64,000 nucleotides of DNA from a virus. Made by a program: the position numbers and the translations under genes. The notes under the pieces are model-generated. The model saw only the letters and a list, made by a program, of their open reading frames with translations, was not told the origin of the DNA and made no database searches. Shown one piece after another: positions 28,617 to 40,000 of this stretch; positions within the stretch are counted from its first letter, which is position 1, and each line of letters starts with the position of its first letter. Location: IMG/VR virus record IMGVR_UViG_3300045988_112819; one strand, written 5' to 3'.

Positions 28617-29669
28617 ATGTTAGATAAAGCTAATTTACTTAGTTTAATGAAAACTGTCGCTAATGCAAATCCTTCTGGTACCTATAGCTATCAAGGAGAG
28701 TCTTTTAGCTATGACGCTTTAAATACTACTTTGCGTAATGAGCTAAATGAATTTGTTGGCACAGATGAACTTTATAGAGAAAATAAAAATATTCTATTCT
28801 CTTTAATTGAGCAGACTATGGACGAAGTTGTTCCTAATCGTTTACTCAATTCTTATGGCAATTTTGCTGAGATTAGAACTTTCGCACAAGGCGACAAGCC
28901 TGTATTTACTCGTAGAACTGGACTTACTCGCGCTAAGCAATTCATTACTCGTGTGGGGCTTGCTGGTGTGTATGAGACCTTTAAGCTTGGTTCTGAGAGC
29001 TTCGAAGTTGGAACAAGCGCCATTGGTGGAGCTGCTCGTATCGGATTTGAGGAGTTCCTTGATGGAAGAGTAAACTTTGCAGAACTTACTCAAATTGTAA
29101 CAGAGGGTATGCAAGAGCTTATTTATAGAGAGATTGCTCAAGCTCTTATGGGTTCTATCAATCAGCTTCCCGCGGCAAACCGTTGTGCTGTTGCTGGTTT
29201 TGACGAACCAACTATGGATTATCTTGTAAATACTGCTACTGCTTATGGTCAGCCAACTATTTATTGCACTCGTGAGTTTGCAGTAAAAATGATTCCAGAT
29301 AATGATGCTTGGATTTCTGACAACATGAGAGATCAGTATTGGGGAACTGGTTATCTTGCAAATTACAAGGGAACTAGAGTGGTAATTCTACCTCAAACTC
29401 TTGAGGATGAGACTAACTCCAAAAAGATGATCGATCCAGGTTATGCTTGGATTATTCCTGGTGGAGCTGAGAGCCGTCCTGTAAAAGTTGCTTTTGAAGG
29501 TACTACCCACGTGCGCGAACGCAATGATAATGACGACTGGTCTCGTGATATTCAGGTTTACCGTAAGGTTGGTGTCGGTGTAATGATGGCGAATAACATC
29601 TTCTCTTATGTTGATACTGAACTTCAAGGCGAGCTTGATAATACTAACCCAAATCCAAATAATGGTTAA
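28617..29669 (+). CDS. major capsid protein (350 aa), TAG-free
   Basis: ORF track; size and position; GGAAGGAG RBS; followed by an attenuating terminator. Confidence 0.6.
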   Translation: MLDKANLLSLMKTVANANPSGTYSYQGESFSYDALNTTLRNELNEFVGTDELYRENKNILFSLIEQTMDEVVPNRLLNSYGNFAEIRTFAQGDKPVFTRRTGLTRAKQFITRVGLAGVYETFKLGSESFEVGTSAIGGAARIGFEEFLDGRVNFAELTQIVTEGMQELIYREIAQALMGSINQLPAANRCAVAGFDEPTMDYLVNTATAYGQPTIYCTREFAVKMIPDNDAWISDNMRDQYWGTGYLANYKGTRVVILPQTLEDETNSKKMIDPGYAWIIPGGAESRPVKVAFEGTTHVRERNDNDDWSRDIQVYRKVGVGVMMANNIFSYVDTELQGELDNTNPNPNNG

Positions 29670-29675
29670 TTGACA

Positions 29676-29710
29676 GGGGATAGGGAAATATCCCTATCCC
29701 CTTTTATTTA
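29676..29710 (+). terminator. intrinsic terminator (ggggataggga aata tccctatcccc) plus T-run
   Basis: 11-bp stem after the capsid gene. Confidence 0.65.
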
Positions 29711-29733
29711 TTGAGAAAAAGGAGATAAAAATT

Positions 29734-30267
29734 ATGAAAAATAGTTGCACTGTTTATAATAAGAGCGCAGGTCGTGTTGTATATAGATTGCCTGAATTGG
29801 GCGTGCGCCGTATGTTTTACCCTGGAGAACATAAGGAACTTGAAGTATCTGAACTAGAAAAGCTAGTACAAACACCTGGAGGCCGCAAATTAATTTATAA
29901 TTACTTGCTTGTGGATGATAGAGAGATTGTTGAATATCTTATTAATGGTAGGGTTGAACCAGAGTATTGGATGAAAGAAGAAGAGATTGATTCTTGGATG
30001 AATACGTGTTCTTTAGATGAATTTAAGGATGCTCTTGATTTTGCTCCAGAAGGCACTAAAGATCTGATTAAATCCCATGCTATTTCTCTTCCCTTAAATG
30101 ATATGTCTAAAAGAGACGCTTTGGAAAAACAATTAGGATTTAATGTTACTAAAGCATTAGAATTAACAGCAGATGATAAAAAGAATCCTAAGGAAGAGAA
30201 ACCTGTAAGAAGAGTGTCAACTACAAGTGAGGATGCTCCAAAACGCAGAGTAGCTATTTCTGATTGA
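29734..30267 (+). CDS. hypothetical structural protein (177 aa), TAG-free
   Basis: ORF track. Confidence 0.55.
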   Translation: MKNSCTVYNKSAGRVVYRLPELGVRRMFYPGEHKELEVSELEKLVQTPGGRKLIYNYLLVDDREIVEYLINGRVEPEYWMKEEEIDSWMNTCSLDEFKDALDFAPEGTKDLIKSHAISLPLNDMSKRDALEKQLGFNVTKALELTADDKKNPKEEKPVRRVSTTSEDAPKRRVAISD

Positions 30268-30286
30268 CATAAGGGAGGTTATAGCC

Positions 30287-30829
30287 ATGGATAATAAGAA
30301 ATATCCAATTTAGGGCGATCCGACCCCCTTTGAAGAAATTTATGATAGATTTTTTGGTAAAATTACTGATGATATGTATATGGAATGGACATAGGAAGAT
30401 ACCGAAAAAGATTTATATAATATCTTAATGGATGCTCTTCCTGGTTTTGAATTCCCTCGTTTTCCATTATACAGTTTTACCAATATAGAAAACAATGATG
30501 AAGAGACTGGAATAGCAACTATTATTCCAGCCTTTTCTGCACATTTAACGACAGAAGAAATAAATATTCTTGCTATTCTAATGTATAATACTTGGTTACA
30601 ACGCCAGGTGGCTTCAATAGAATAGACGAGAATGAAATATTCTGGAACAGATTTTAAAATGACTTCCTAGGCCAATCATTTAGCCAAATTAATAGAGTTG
30701 AAAAAGGAAGCAGAACGTCAAAGTCATCATATGCAGCGTCTCTATAAAAGAAGAAAACTAATTGATGATCAAGGCTCTTATAAATCAAACTGGTCAACAT
30801 TAAGAGAGACGAGTGTTTTTGATGGATAA
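30287..30829 (+). CDS. head-tail connector-region protein (180 aa), 5 TAG
   Basis: AAGGGAGG RBS. Confidence 0.5.
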
Positions 30830-31130
30830 ATATGATATTAATTTCCCATTAGAAACAAAAGAGTAGGATTTAAAGAGATTGATTAATTAGTTATGGAAGT
30901 TAATTCCAATGAGAGAGAATAATGAAGACTGGGTAAACCATTTGAATGTAATAACAGAAGAAATTAGTGGATTAGTTAAAATGTATAAAGATAGAGTTGA
31001 GGGACTTATTTTATTGTCTAAACTGGAAGGGTTATCTTCAAATGTCTGTAATGATTTTATGATTTATCGAAAAACAGTCTTTAGATGTATTGATTTGTTG
31101 GCGTAGGTGATTAGAGATGATGAATCTTGA
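30822..31130 (+). CDS. hypothetical protein (102 aa), 3 TAG, start overlapping the upstream stop
   Basis: frame continuous with ORF-track 30909. Confidence 0.45.
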
Positions 31131-31134
31131 ATTA

Positions 31135-32109
31135 ATGCGAAAAAGATTTGAATGGTAGGGTGGTATTCACTAGGAAGATAGAATGATCAAAGATAAATGG
31201 AGAACTCTTTAGAAAGCATTATTATATTCTTATCAAGCCTGTACCGTTCAATTAGTCTAGAAGTCAACCTAGGTTTTAGATGCAACGTTAGATGCTGTTG
31301 ATCCAGATATGAATATTTATCCTATGTGTCGTGCGCTTATTAATCCAGATAAAGTGAAACAGGACTATGATGATAAGATAATCTCCATAGATCATATTAA
31401 TCAATATGGGCCTGGAGATGTCTTTGAGTGGAAAAAAACTGGCACTCACTGGATAATTTATCTTGAAGAAATAACTGAGGACGCTTATTTTAGAGGGGAA
31501 ATAAGACGTTGTAGATATAGAATTAAGTTTAAAGATTAGGAAGGGAATTGGTGTTAGACTTGGGCTGCGATTCGAGGTCCAGTTGAAACCCAAATCGAGT
31601 CTATTTAGAAGAATCAAGAAAGATTGGATAAACCTAATCTTAGCTTAAACATACTTATGCCAAGAAATGAGAAAACTATTCATGCTTTTGATAGATATAG
31701 CGAATTTTTGTTCGCTGGAAGATGTTGGAAAGTTTAGGCTCCAGATGATATAAGTATGAAGAATGTAATTGAAGTTAGTGCAGAAGAAGATTATATAAAT
31801 AGAGACACTGATGATATAGAAAATAGTATGAAAGATGGTTTAATATTCGAACCAGAAGATCCTACTCCAAATAGCGGGATTATGGGAGAGACTTTTATTA
31901 AACCAATGATAGAAGAATCTTATTCTGTAGAAGAAGCTAATGGAGCTTGGTCAATATTAGAAAAGAATGTTCCTGTAACTTTATGTCCAAATGGAAATAA
32001 ATCTGTTTAGTTGGTGTGGAATAAAACTACTCATGGTCAATTCACTCTAGTATGGAAGAAGGATAATACTGTACTGGAAAAAGTTATTGTAGTAGAATCT
32101 TTATTTTAA
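31135..32109 (+). CDS. hypothetical structural protein (324 aa), about 10 TAG
   Basis: joins ORF-track 31309 and 31756 in one frame. Confidence 0.5.
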
Positions 32110-32124
32110 GGAGAGTGAATTGAA

Positions 32125-32661
32125 ATGAAAAAAAATACTTATGAGTATCCTAAATCTAGTTTGTTAGGTATGTAGAAAGATGCTTCTCTGATTATGGAAA
32201 GAATACTTTCTAATTAGAATGTTTTGAAATTATTAACTTATAATACTAGAGATTGGAAAAGTAAACCGACCGTTACAGGAGATATGATAAAGGAAATGAT
32301 TGATACTAAGTAGATTTCTGCTGTTCCTAAGATAAAGGTTGATAGACCAGAAAAATCTTATTTAAGATTGATCTATGGCACTATGGTTAGAAATTCTACA
32401 AATCCTGAATATAGAGATAATACATTTGGTATTGATATTATTTGTCATTATGATAATTGGGATTTGGGAGATTATGATTTACGACCTTATCGAATTGCGG
32501 GAGAGATAGATTCAATGCTTGATGGAACTCATTTAACGGGTATAGGAGAGCTAGAATTTGTATCAGCTACGCCATATATATATGATGAAGAATTTGCTGG
32601 TTTGTCTCTAACATATCTTGCTATTCGCGGAAATGAAGATAAGGTAAATCCACTTGCTTGA
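32125..32661 (+). CDS. hypothetical structural protein (178 aa), 3 TAG
   Basis: AAGGAG RBS. Confidence 0.55.
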
Positions 32662-32677
32662 TTATAGACTAGCTTTA

Positions 32678-33403
32678 ATGGCCGGGATTGATATTCCCAT
32701 TCCTGAATTACAACTTACTATTCACGTTCCCGTCATTAAAGAGATAGCTCTTATGGGAGAGACAAAATTTTTTATGGCAGTTCAATATTTATGTTTAGAT
32801 AAAGAATCATTAATATAGGACGAAACTCTTTTATCATCATTAACTAATTTTCAAGTATTGATGAAGGTGTTAGAATAGTCACAGGATAAAGATAAAAAAA
32901 ATGCTGTTATTATGCTACTTACATTATTATTTCCTGATTATATACCAGTAATAACTAGAAATTCAATAATTTTAACTAAGCAAGGAGAAAATTAGCCTTT
33001 GTTAATAGATGATAATAACTTTGATATTTTTCAAAGCGTACTAAAAGAGATTTTGTGTGTAAACAGTCTATTTTAGGGAAATAATGTTATCTATAATCCA
33101 GCTAATGACCGAGCTAAAGAAATTGCTGAAAAGTTAATGCGCGGTAGACGAAAAGTAGCAGAAATCAAAAGCAAAGGAAATAATGAGAGTGTTCTAACAC
33201 GCTATATATCTATCTTGACAATCGGATCTAATACAATGAGTTTAGAGGATTGCTTAAATCTAAATATGTTTTAGATATTTGATTTGATGGAAAGATATAA
33301 TGCGTTTATTGAATGGGATGTTGACTTGCGGGTTCGTCTTGCGGGCGGCAAACCAGATAAACCAGTTGAATCATGGATGCGAGATATACATCCTAAAAAT
33401 TAA
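32678..33403 (+). CDS. hypothetical protein (241 aa), 6 TAG
   Basis: continuous frame; TAA stop before a strong RBS. Confidence 0.45.
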
Positions 33404-33417
33404 GGAGGAATTAGCTC

Positions 33418-34809
33418 ATGCGTTTTGGTATTCGTGAGATTTGCGATGTAGTACTTCGTGCCAAAAGCTATCAGACTTTAGGTAATCGTAAGTTCTATAA
33501 AAATGAACCAGTTTTGTACTTTGACACTTTAAGAACCTCTACTCTTGAAGGTGCTGCAACAACTGTATACGCACAGGGCGGACGTGGATATACTAGATTG
33601 ATTGCTTGGGAAGGTGAGCGTACTCTAACATTTACAATGGAAGATGCTTTACTTTCTCCAGAGAGCTTCTCTATTCTTTCTGGTGCAGGTCTGCTTGATG
33701 CAACAAAAGAAGCTCCAATTTACGTTCATCAAACTTCTCAGGTAGAAGTTGAAACAGCTAACACTATCGTGATTCCTGATAAAGCTTGCTGGAATGGATT
33801 TGCAGATCATGAAAATGAAATGTATCATCGTTCTGCTGACATTTTTGTAATGGTATTAGGAGATGATGGTCAAGTTAATGCTGAACCATGCATTCCTGTT
33901 TCTGTTTCTTATACAGAGGACGGAAAATCAACTTTAACTTGCTATTCTCATGCGGGAGTGCTCCCATCTGGTACTATCGTTTTAGTTGACTATTATGTAA
34001 AGCGCACTGGTGGCGCCCAGATGATTGAGATTACCGCTGATAAGTTTGGTGGAAACTATTATCTTGAAGCTTCTACTCTATTCCGCCGTGAGAGCGATGG
34101 CGTAGATATGCCTGCTGAATTTATTATTCCTAACTGTAAGGTTCAGAGTAACTTCACATTCAGCATGGCTGCTAACGGTGATCCATCTACCTTTACATTC
34201 ACAATGGACGCTTTCCCAGACTACACTAAGTTTGATCAAACTCATAAAGTTCTTGCCGCTATTCAGGTAATTACTGATGAAACTGGGGAAACCGAAGGAT
34301 CTCGTGAGCCATGCTCTGAGAATGTTGGTACTTATGAGAGTGAAGCTGCTGATGTAACTGTAAATTTTGTTTCTAACAGTGCCACAGAGGCGGAACTTGA
34401 TGTAACTGGTACTGTAACAGGAAAGGCTTATGATACTGAGACTTATGGAGATACAATTCCAGAAGCCGCACAAATTAGCCTCCAAATTCCAGTAGAGAGC
34501 GATAGTACCAAGTATACTGTAGTAATAACTAATCCAGCATATGAGAAATACTTCTCTACTGATGACTGTATTGAGGGCAATACAAAGACTCAAACCGTAG
34601 ATGGCGCAGAATTGGCAGATGGCCTATTAGTAATTCTTACTAAGGAGAGTAATACAACTCCTATTACAGCTAAGATTACTAAGATTAACGGAGACTTTGA
34701 GAAGAGTTATACTATTAATAACAAGCTCAGTTTTGCAGAAAGCACAAGCACTTATTCTGGCGCAAAAATGCGCAATAAGTTAGTCTCTGTTAGCGATGAC
34801 ACCATTTAA
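33418..34809 (+). CDS. major tail protein (463 aa), TAG-free
   Basis: ORF track; AAGGAGG RBS; strong terminator after it; lies before the chaperone and tape-measure genes. Confidence 0.55.
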   Translation: MRFGIREICDVVLRAKSYQTLGNRKFYKNEPVLYFDTLRTSTLEGAATTVYAQGGRGYTRLIAWEGERTLTFTMEDALLSPESFSILSGAGLLDATKEAPIYVHQTSQVEVETANTIVIPDKACWNGFADHENEMYHRSADIFVMVLGDDGQVNAEPCIPVSVSYTEDGKSTLTCYSHAGVLPSGTIVLVDYYVKRTGGAQMIEITADKFGGNYYLEASTLFRRESDGVDMPAEFIIPNCKVQSNFTFSMAANGDPSTFTFTMDAFPDYTKFDQTHKVLAAIQVITDETGETEGSREPCSENVGTYESEAADVTVNFVSNSATEAELDVTGTVTGKAYDTETYGDTIPEAAQISLQIPVESDSTKYTVVITNPAYEKYFSTDDCIEGNTKTQTVDGAELADGLLVILTKESNTTPITAKITKINGDFEKSYTINNKLSFAESTSTYSGAKMRNKLVSVSDDTI

Positions 34810-34814
34810 TTTTA

Positions 34815-34850
34815 AGGGAGGACTTAATAAAGTCCTCCCTTTTTCTTTTT
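34815..34850 (+). terminator. intrinsic terminator (agggaggact taataa agtcctccct) plus T10
   Basis: seen directly. Confidence 0.7.
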
Positions 34851-34868
34851 ATAAGGAGATATAGGAGT

Positions 34869-36311
34869 ATGGATGTTAATATTTATGATTATGTATAGCG
34901 TTGGTCTTTAAATTATATTGTTTATCATAGTAGTCATTTAAGAGAATATGGAGATGTAGAGTCCGCAAATATTCTCTTTAGTGGATAGTATCAAGAGGCA
35001 ATGAGTAAAATGAAGACTGCGGGAATTGAGACTTAGATTGCATCAATTCAAGAATAGATGCAATCTAAGGGTCCAGTTGCCGCGAGCGGATTGAGAGTTT
35101 TAAGTGATTTATAGATTGGTACCTTATTGGATTCTACTCTTGATTAGATCGCGGCAGGTATTAATGAAGGAATTGAATTAGCCGGTGGATAGGTAAATTT
35201 TGAAAATTATAATACTATATTACAATAGGCTGGCAATTTTAATAATTTGTTGGCTAATGGGACACCTGATATAAAAAGAGTTAATGATTTTTTTAGATTA
35301 TTGATATAGGCTCTTATGAAAGCCAATATGATAAATGTCAGTGTTCTTGATGCTTTAACCTAGATAGGAAGATCGCTAGTTGGTACTAGTTTTTAGATAG
35401 ATAATTCTTAGCAGCACTATGTTATGTCCATTGAAGATGGGGATATCAATGTAGCGAAAGAAGTAATAGATTCGTTGAGTAGAGCGGTTTCAAGATTAAA
35501 TGAAGGTGGAAGTGTAAACTCTAGATCTTTTGCTAATACAATATCATATATTTTTAGAAAAGTTATTGGAAATTAGATTAGTCAAGCTATAGTCGCAGAA
35601 GGTATATCTATTGGAATTAATACTGCGGATAGTATATTAGATACTGCTATTAAGTAGTCTGGTGGAAAATTAAAGTGGGTTGATAGAGGATAGAATACTA
35701 CTTCTGACAATGGAAGTAGAGGTGCTGTTAAAGTTTTTAATAATGATGTTTTTAATTTGTCAGTAACTAAGGGTAATCAAGTATTTAATATAGAAATTAG
35801 TGCTAATGTTAATGCAAAGTGGTAGAATAAAAAGAAATCTGCAAATAGAATTTAGGTTTTTTCAAATATAAATGTAGGGGATTATTTTTCTGGTTAGCCA
35901 GAAAAATATCTTGCTTATAATATGATTGCTCATAGATTCACTGGATCAGATTTTGAAGAATCTTTTAATAATATTCGTGCATCGGTAGCCGCCTCATTTT
36001 TTAATGAATGGGTTTCTTCTGGCGGTCTAGCTTCTTCTAAAGGACATCTTGGTCAGTTACTTATTGTTAATGGTAAAGTTTTTTCTATTTAGCGTATTAT
36101 AAATAATATTTGTGATGACATAGTTCGCAATAGCGGTCATGAAATAGTTTCTATTGGGGGAGAAAATTCTACTGGTAATAAGTGGTATGGAAATACTGGT
36201 CCAAATGTATTAGACGCTTTAACTCGTAGTAATATAGTTAATGAAGTCATAAGTAAATTAACAATTTCTGCTACATTAAACAATAATATATTGTCTAAAT
36301 ACGCATATTAA
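34869..36311 (+). CDS. hypothetical tail-region protein (480 aa) with about 24 in-frame TAG (about 5% of codons)
   Basis: AAGGAG RBS; the densest TAG usage in the window. Confidence 0.45.
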
Positions 36312-36315
36312 AAAC

Positions 36316-36344
36316 TTGACAATAGTTAATTTTTCTAGTATAAT
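36316..36344 (+). promoter_or_regulatory. internal consensus promoter TTGACA-17-TATAAT ahead of the chaperone and tape-measure genes
   Basis: perfect hexamers. Confidence 0.6.
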
Positions 36345-36376
36345 AAAAATATAAATGAGATAAAGGAGTTTTTACA

Positions 36377-36916
36377 ATGAGTGAAATTACTTTTAAAGAT
36401 TTGGGTTTGGAGCCTAAAATTAAATATACAGAAGTAAAAATTGGAGAAGATAAGATTTTATCTGTGGTTAATTATCTTCCGATTGCAGATAAAACAAATC
36501 TTATTACTTTTGTCGCAGATTTAGCGATAGATGAGATGACTGGGTGTTTTAGTCCGGTAAGAGTAGAAACTTATTTTGCTATTGCTATTTGCAGATGGTA
36601 TGGTGGAATTGTTTTTGAGCAAGAAGATGTGCATGAAAATATTGCCAAAACTTATGATACACTAGAGACTAATGGTGTTATTGATGCAATTAGAAGTGCT
36701 ATTCCAGTAGATGAATTGTCTTTTATTGAAGACTTAGTTAGAGATACTTTAAGCGATATAGCAAGATATAATAACTCTGCCGCAGGCATTATCCAAATGA
36801 TGAATAAAAATGCTTCTGGATTAGATACATATATTACTGATATAATGGAAAAAATTAAAAATGGTGAGAATCTTGAAACTTTATCAGTAATTAAAGATGT
36901 GGTTGGAAAAGATTAA
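36377..36916 (+). CDS. tail assembly chaperone-like protein (179 aa), TAG-free
   Basis: ORF track; sits immediately upstream of the tape measure. Confidence 0.45.
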   Translation: MSEITFKDLGLEPKIKYTEVKIGEDKILSVVNYLPIADKTNLITFVADLAIDEMTGCFSPVRVETYFAIAICRWYGGIVFEQEDVHENIAKTYDTLETNGVIDAIRSAIPVDELSFIEDLVRDTLSDIARYNNSAAGIIQMMNKNASGLDTYITDIMEKIKNGENLETLSVIKDVVGKD

Positions 36917-36949
36917 TAAATCTAATATAATTTACAAATTAGATAGAGA

Positions 36950-36996
36950 ATTAAAAGGCTCTTGAGATATAATTCTCAAGAGCCTTATTTGTTTTA
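36950..36996 (+). terminator. intrinsic terminator (aaggctcttgag ... ctcaagagcctt)
   Basis: 12-bp stem plus T-run. Confidence 0.65.
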
Positions 36997-37021
36997 TGGG
37001 TGATAAAGGAGGAAAAGGATT

Positions 37022-40000
37022 GTGGCTAATAATAGAAGATTAAATTATTAGATTGGGTTTGATGTTGATACTGCTGAACTTTACAGAGCAGTAAACGAGG
37101 CAGTTCAATCTTTAAATAAAATCAGTGCCGGTTCTAAAGTTACAGCAGAATTGCGACAAGCTTCTTAGTCTGCGCTAGAGTTATCTACTTATATGCATTA
37201 GGCATTTAATCAAGGGACTGGAAAGTTAGATTTAGTAGCTTTTGAAAATAGTTTAAAATCTAGCGGAAGAATTCTTAAAGATTATGCCAACTCGTTAATT
37301 TCGATTGGTACCGAGGGGCAAAAGGCTTTTTTAAATGTAGCAACAGCGATTCAAAAAGCGGAGCTTCCAGCATTGCGCACTGGCAAAATATTCGATTAGT
37401 TATGGATTACTATGAAAAATACTATGAGATGGCAGATTACCTCCACCGCGTTAAATAGTTTTGTGGGAACCATAGAATCAGCTTATGGGTATGCACAAGA
37501 TCTAAATGAATCATTAACAAATATTCGTATAGTTACTGAAAACTCTGCGGAAGACATGGCTAAATTTGCTCAATAGGCAAATGAAGCAGCAAAAGCATTA
37601 AGTACAACTACTGTTGAATATAGTGATGCTGCTTTGATTTATTATCAATAGGGTCTTACTGAATAGGAAGTTTTAGATAGAACTGAAACTACTATTAAAA
37701 TGGCTAATGCCGCAGGAATTAGTGCATAGACCGCTTCGGATCAGCTGACCGCAGTTTGGAACAACTTCTATGATGGAAGTAAGAGTCTTGAATATTATGC
37801 TGATGTAATGGTGCGTTTAGGCGCCGATACAGCGTCTAGCTCTGATGAAATTTCAGAAGGTATCCAACAATTTGCCTCTGTAGCAGATACAGTTGGATTA
37901 AGTTACGAATATGCTGCTTCTGCTCTTGCTACTGTCACTGCTACGACACGTGAGTCTGCTAATACAGTAGGTACAGCATTTAGAACTTTATTTGCTCGTA
38001 TCCAAGGCTTAAATCTTGGAGAAACTCTCGATGATGGCACTACATTAAATAAATATTCTAAAGCTCTTGAAAAAGTGGGTATTGATATTTTTGATGTTAA
38101 TGGTGAGATTAAAACTATGGATACCTTACTTGATGAAATGGGTTCAAAATGGGAGACCTTATCTAATGACTAGTAGATTGCTTTGGCTTAGACCGTAGCC
38201 GGAGTTCGCCAATATACTCGTCTTATTGCACTTATGGATAATTGGGATTTCTTTTAGGAGAATTTAGCTAGTGCTTATGGAGCAGAGGGATCTCTTTAGG
38301 AACAGGCAGATATTTATGCTGAATCTTGGGAAGCTGCTAGAGATAGAGTAAAAGCATCTGCTGAGGATATTTATGATAGTGTCATAAATCCAGATTTGTA
38401 TATAAATGCAGATAATGTCTTAACTCCATTTTTATCTGGTATTGCAGACGCCATTGATGCAATGGGAGGGTTAAATGGTATTTTAGCTAGTACCGCTTTG
38501 TTGATTAATGGGATTTATGGAAATAAGATTGCTGAATCAATGCGTTCTATGGTGGCTAATATAAAAGTTCTATCTGGATTAGAGTAGAATAGAGCAAGAA
38601 ATTTGTAGGCATCAGCGGCTGAGATAGCAACTCAATTAGGCTTAACAAACTCTATGTCTTAGGCTGAAAAAAATCTTTTTAATATTATGGTTGACTAGGC
38701 TAATATATAGGGCCAAATAAATAGTAACTACGACGCGATGGATGCTAATGGTCGTAGATTAATTTAGACAGAACAGTTAAAATTAAGTATTTTGCAAGAT
38801 TAGTTAAAGACATATTCTTAGTAGTAGATTTAGTCTAGGGAAAATGTATTAAATCTTAGAGATACTATTTATTTTAATATAGGAATAAAAGATGGCTGGC
38901 AAGAAGAAGTTAAAGCAGAAATAAATAAATTTAATAGTAGAAATAAAAGTAATCAAATTTAGTTAAATATAAGAGCTAATAGTAACCTTGATAAAATTTA
39001 TAATGATGTTACTACTTAGTTAACTAGTTTAATTTAGCAATCTACAAAACTTGATACAGTGTATCAAGAATTTAAAAAACTTGAAAGCGCTGGAACTGCG
39101 ACTAGAGACAGCCTTCGTAATTTATTATCTAGTATTACGGGAAAAGAACATAATTATGCTTAGATTGAATGGCTGACTTAGCAATTAGAGGGGTTAAAAA
39201 ATTAGTCTCAAAATGCAAAATTGCAAATTCGTGAACTTGGGACTATTTTATAGACTATGGGAGCCGATCCAAGAGTAGTTACTTCTTATATTAATGAATT
39301 AACAAAATTGGAGTCTGTTACTGCAAGAACAACTGAACAAGAGGCTCGATATTAGGAATTGTTAGCGAAGTTCCCTAGTGTAATTACAAAAGCATTAATA
39401 CCAACGAGAGATTGGGCTACAATATTGGTTTAGGTTGGAAGTTCTCTTTCTAGTTTAACTATGATTATGAATGCTTTTTAGAGCATTGGAAGAATTTTTT
39501 CTGATGAAGATATGACTTCAACTGAAAGAATTGTAGCTTTGTTTACTTCTCTTGGTATGTTACTACCCTCTATTATTTCTGTTTATAAAACTTTAAATAT
39601 GTTAACTACTGCTCATGCTGTTGCAGCAGCAGCGGACGCCGCGGCAACATCAGTAGAGGCTTTAGCGACAGAATAGCTTGCTATGGCGAAGCAGAAAGCC
39701 GTTATGGCTTCCGGCATCTTAACTGCTGCAATTATGGTAGCAATAATAGCGATTACTGCAATAACAAGTGCTATAAAAGCATAGCATGAAGCAACCTTGG
39801 CTGCTGCTTAGGCCTCTATTGATGCGGCAAATGCAAAAAAAGAAGAAGCACAAGCGAATAGAGAGTTAATTCAATCTACTCAAAATGCCTTATCTACTTA
39901 TCAAGAAACTGGGGATGGAAAAGAAGAGTTAGATGATTTAACTCGTTAGTTGGCTGAAGCGTATGATTTAGAAGGCAGTGCATTAGCTAGACTAAGTGGA

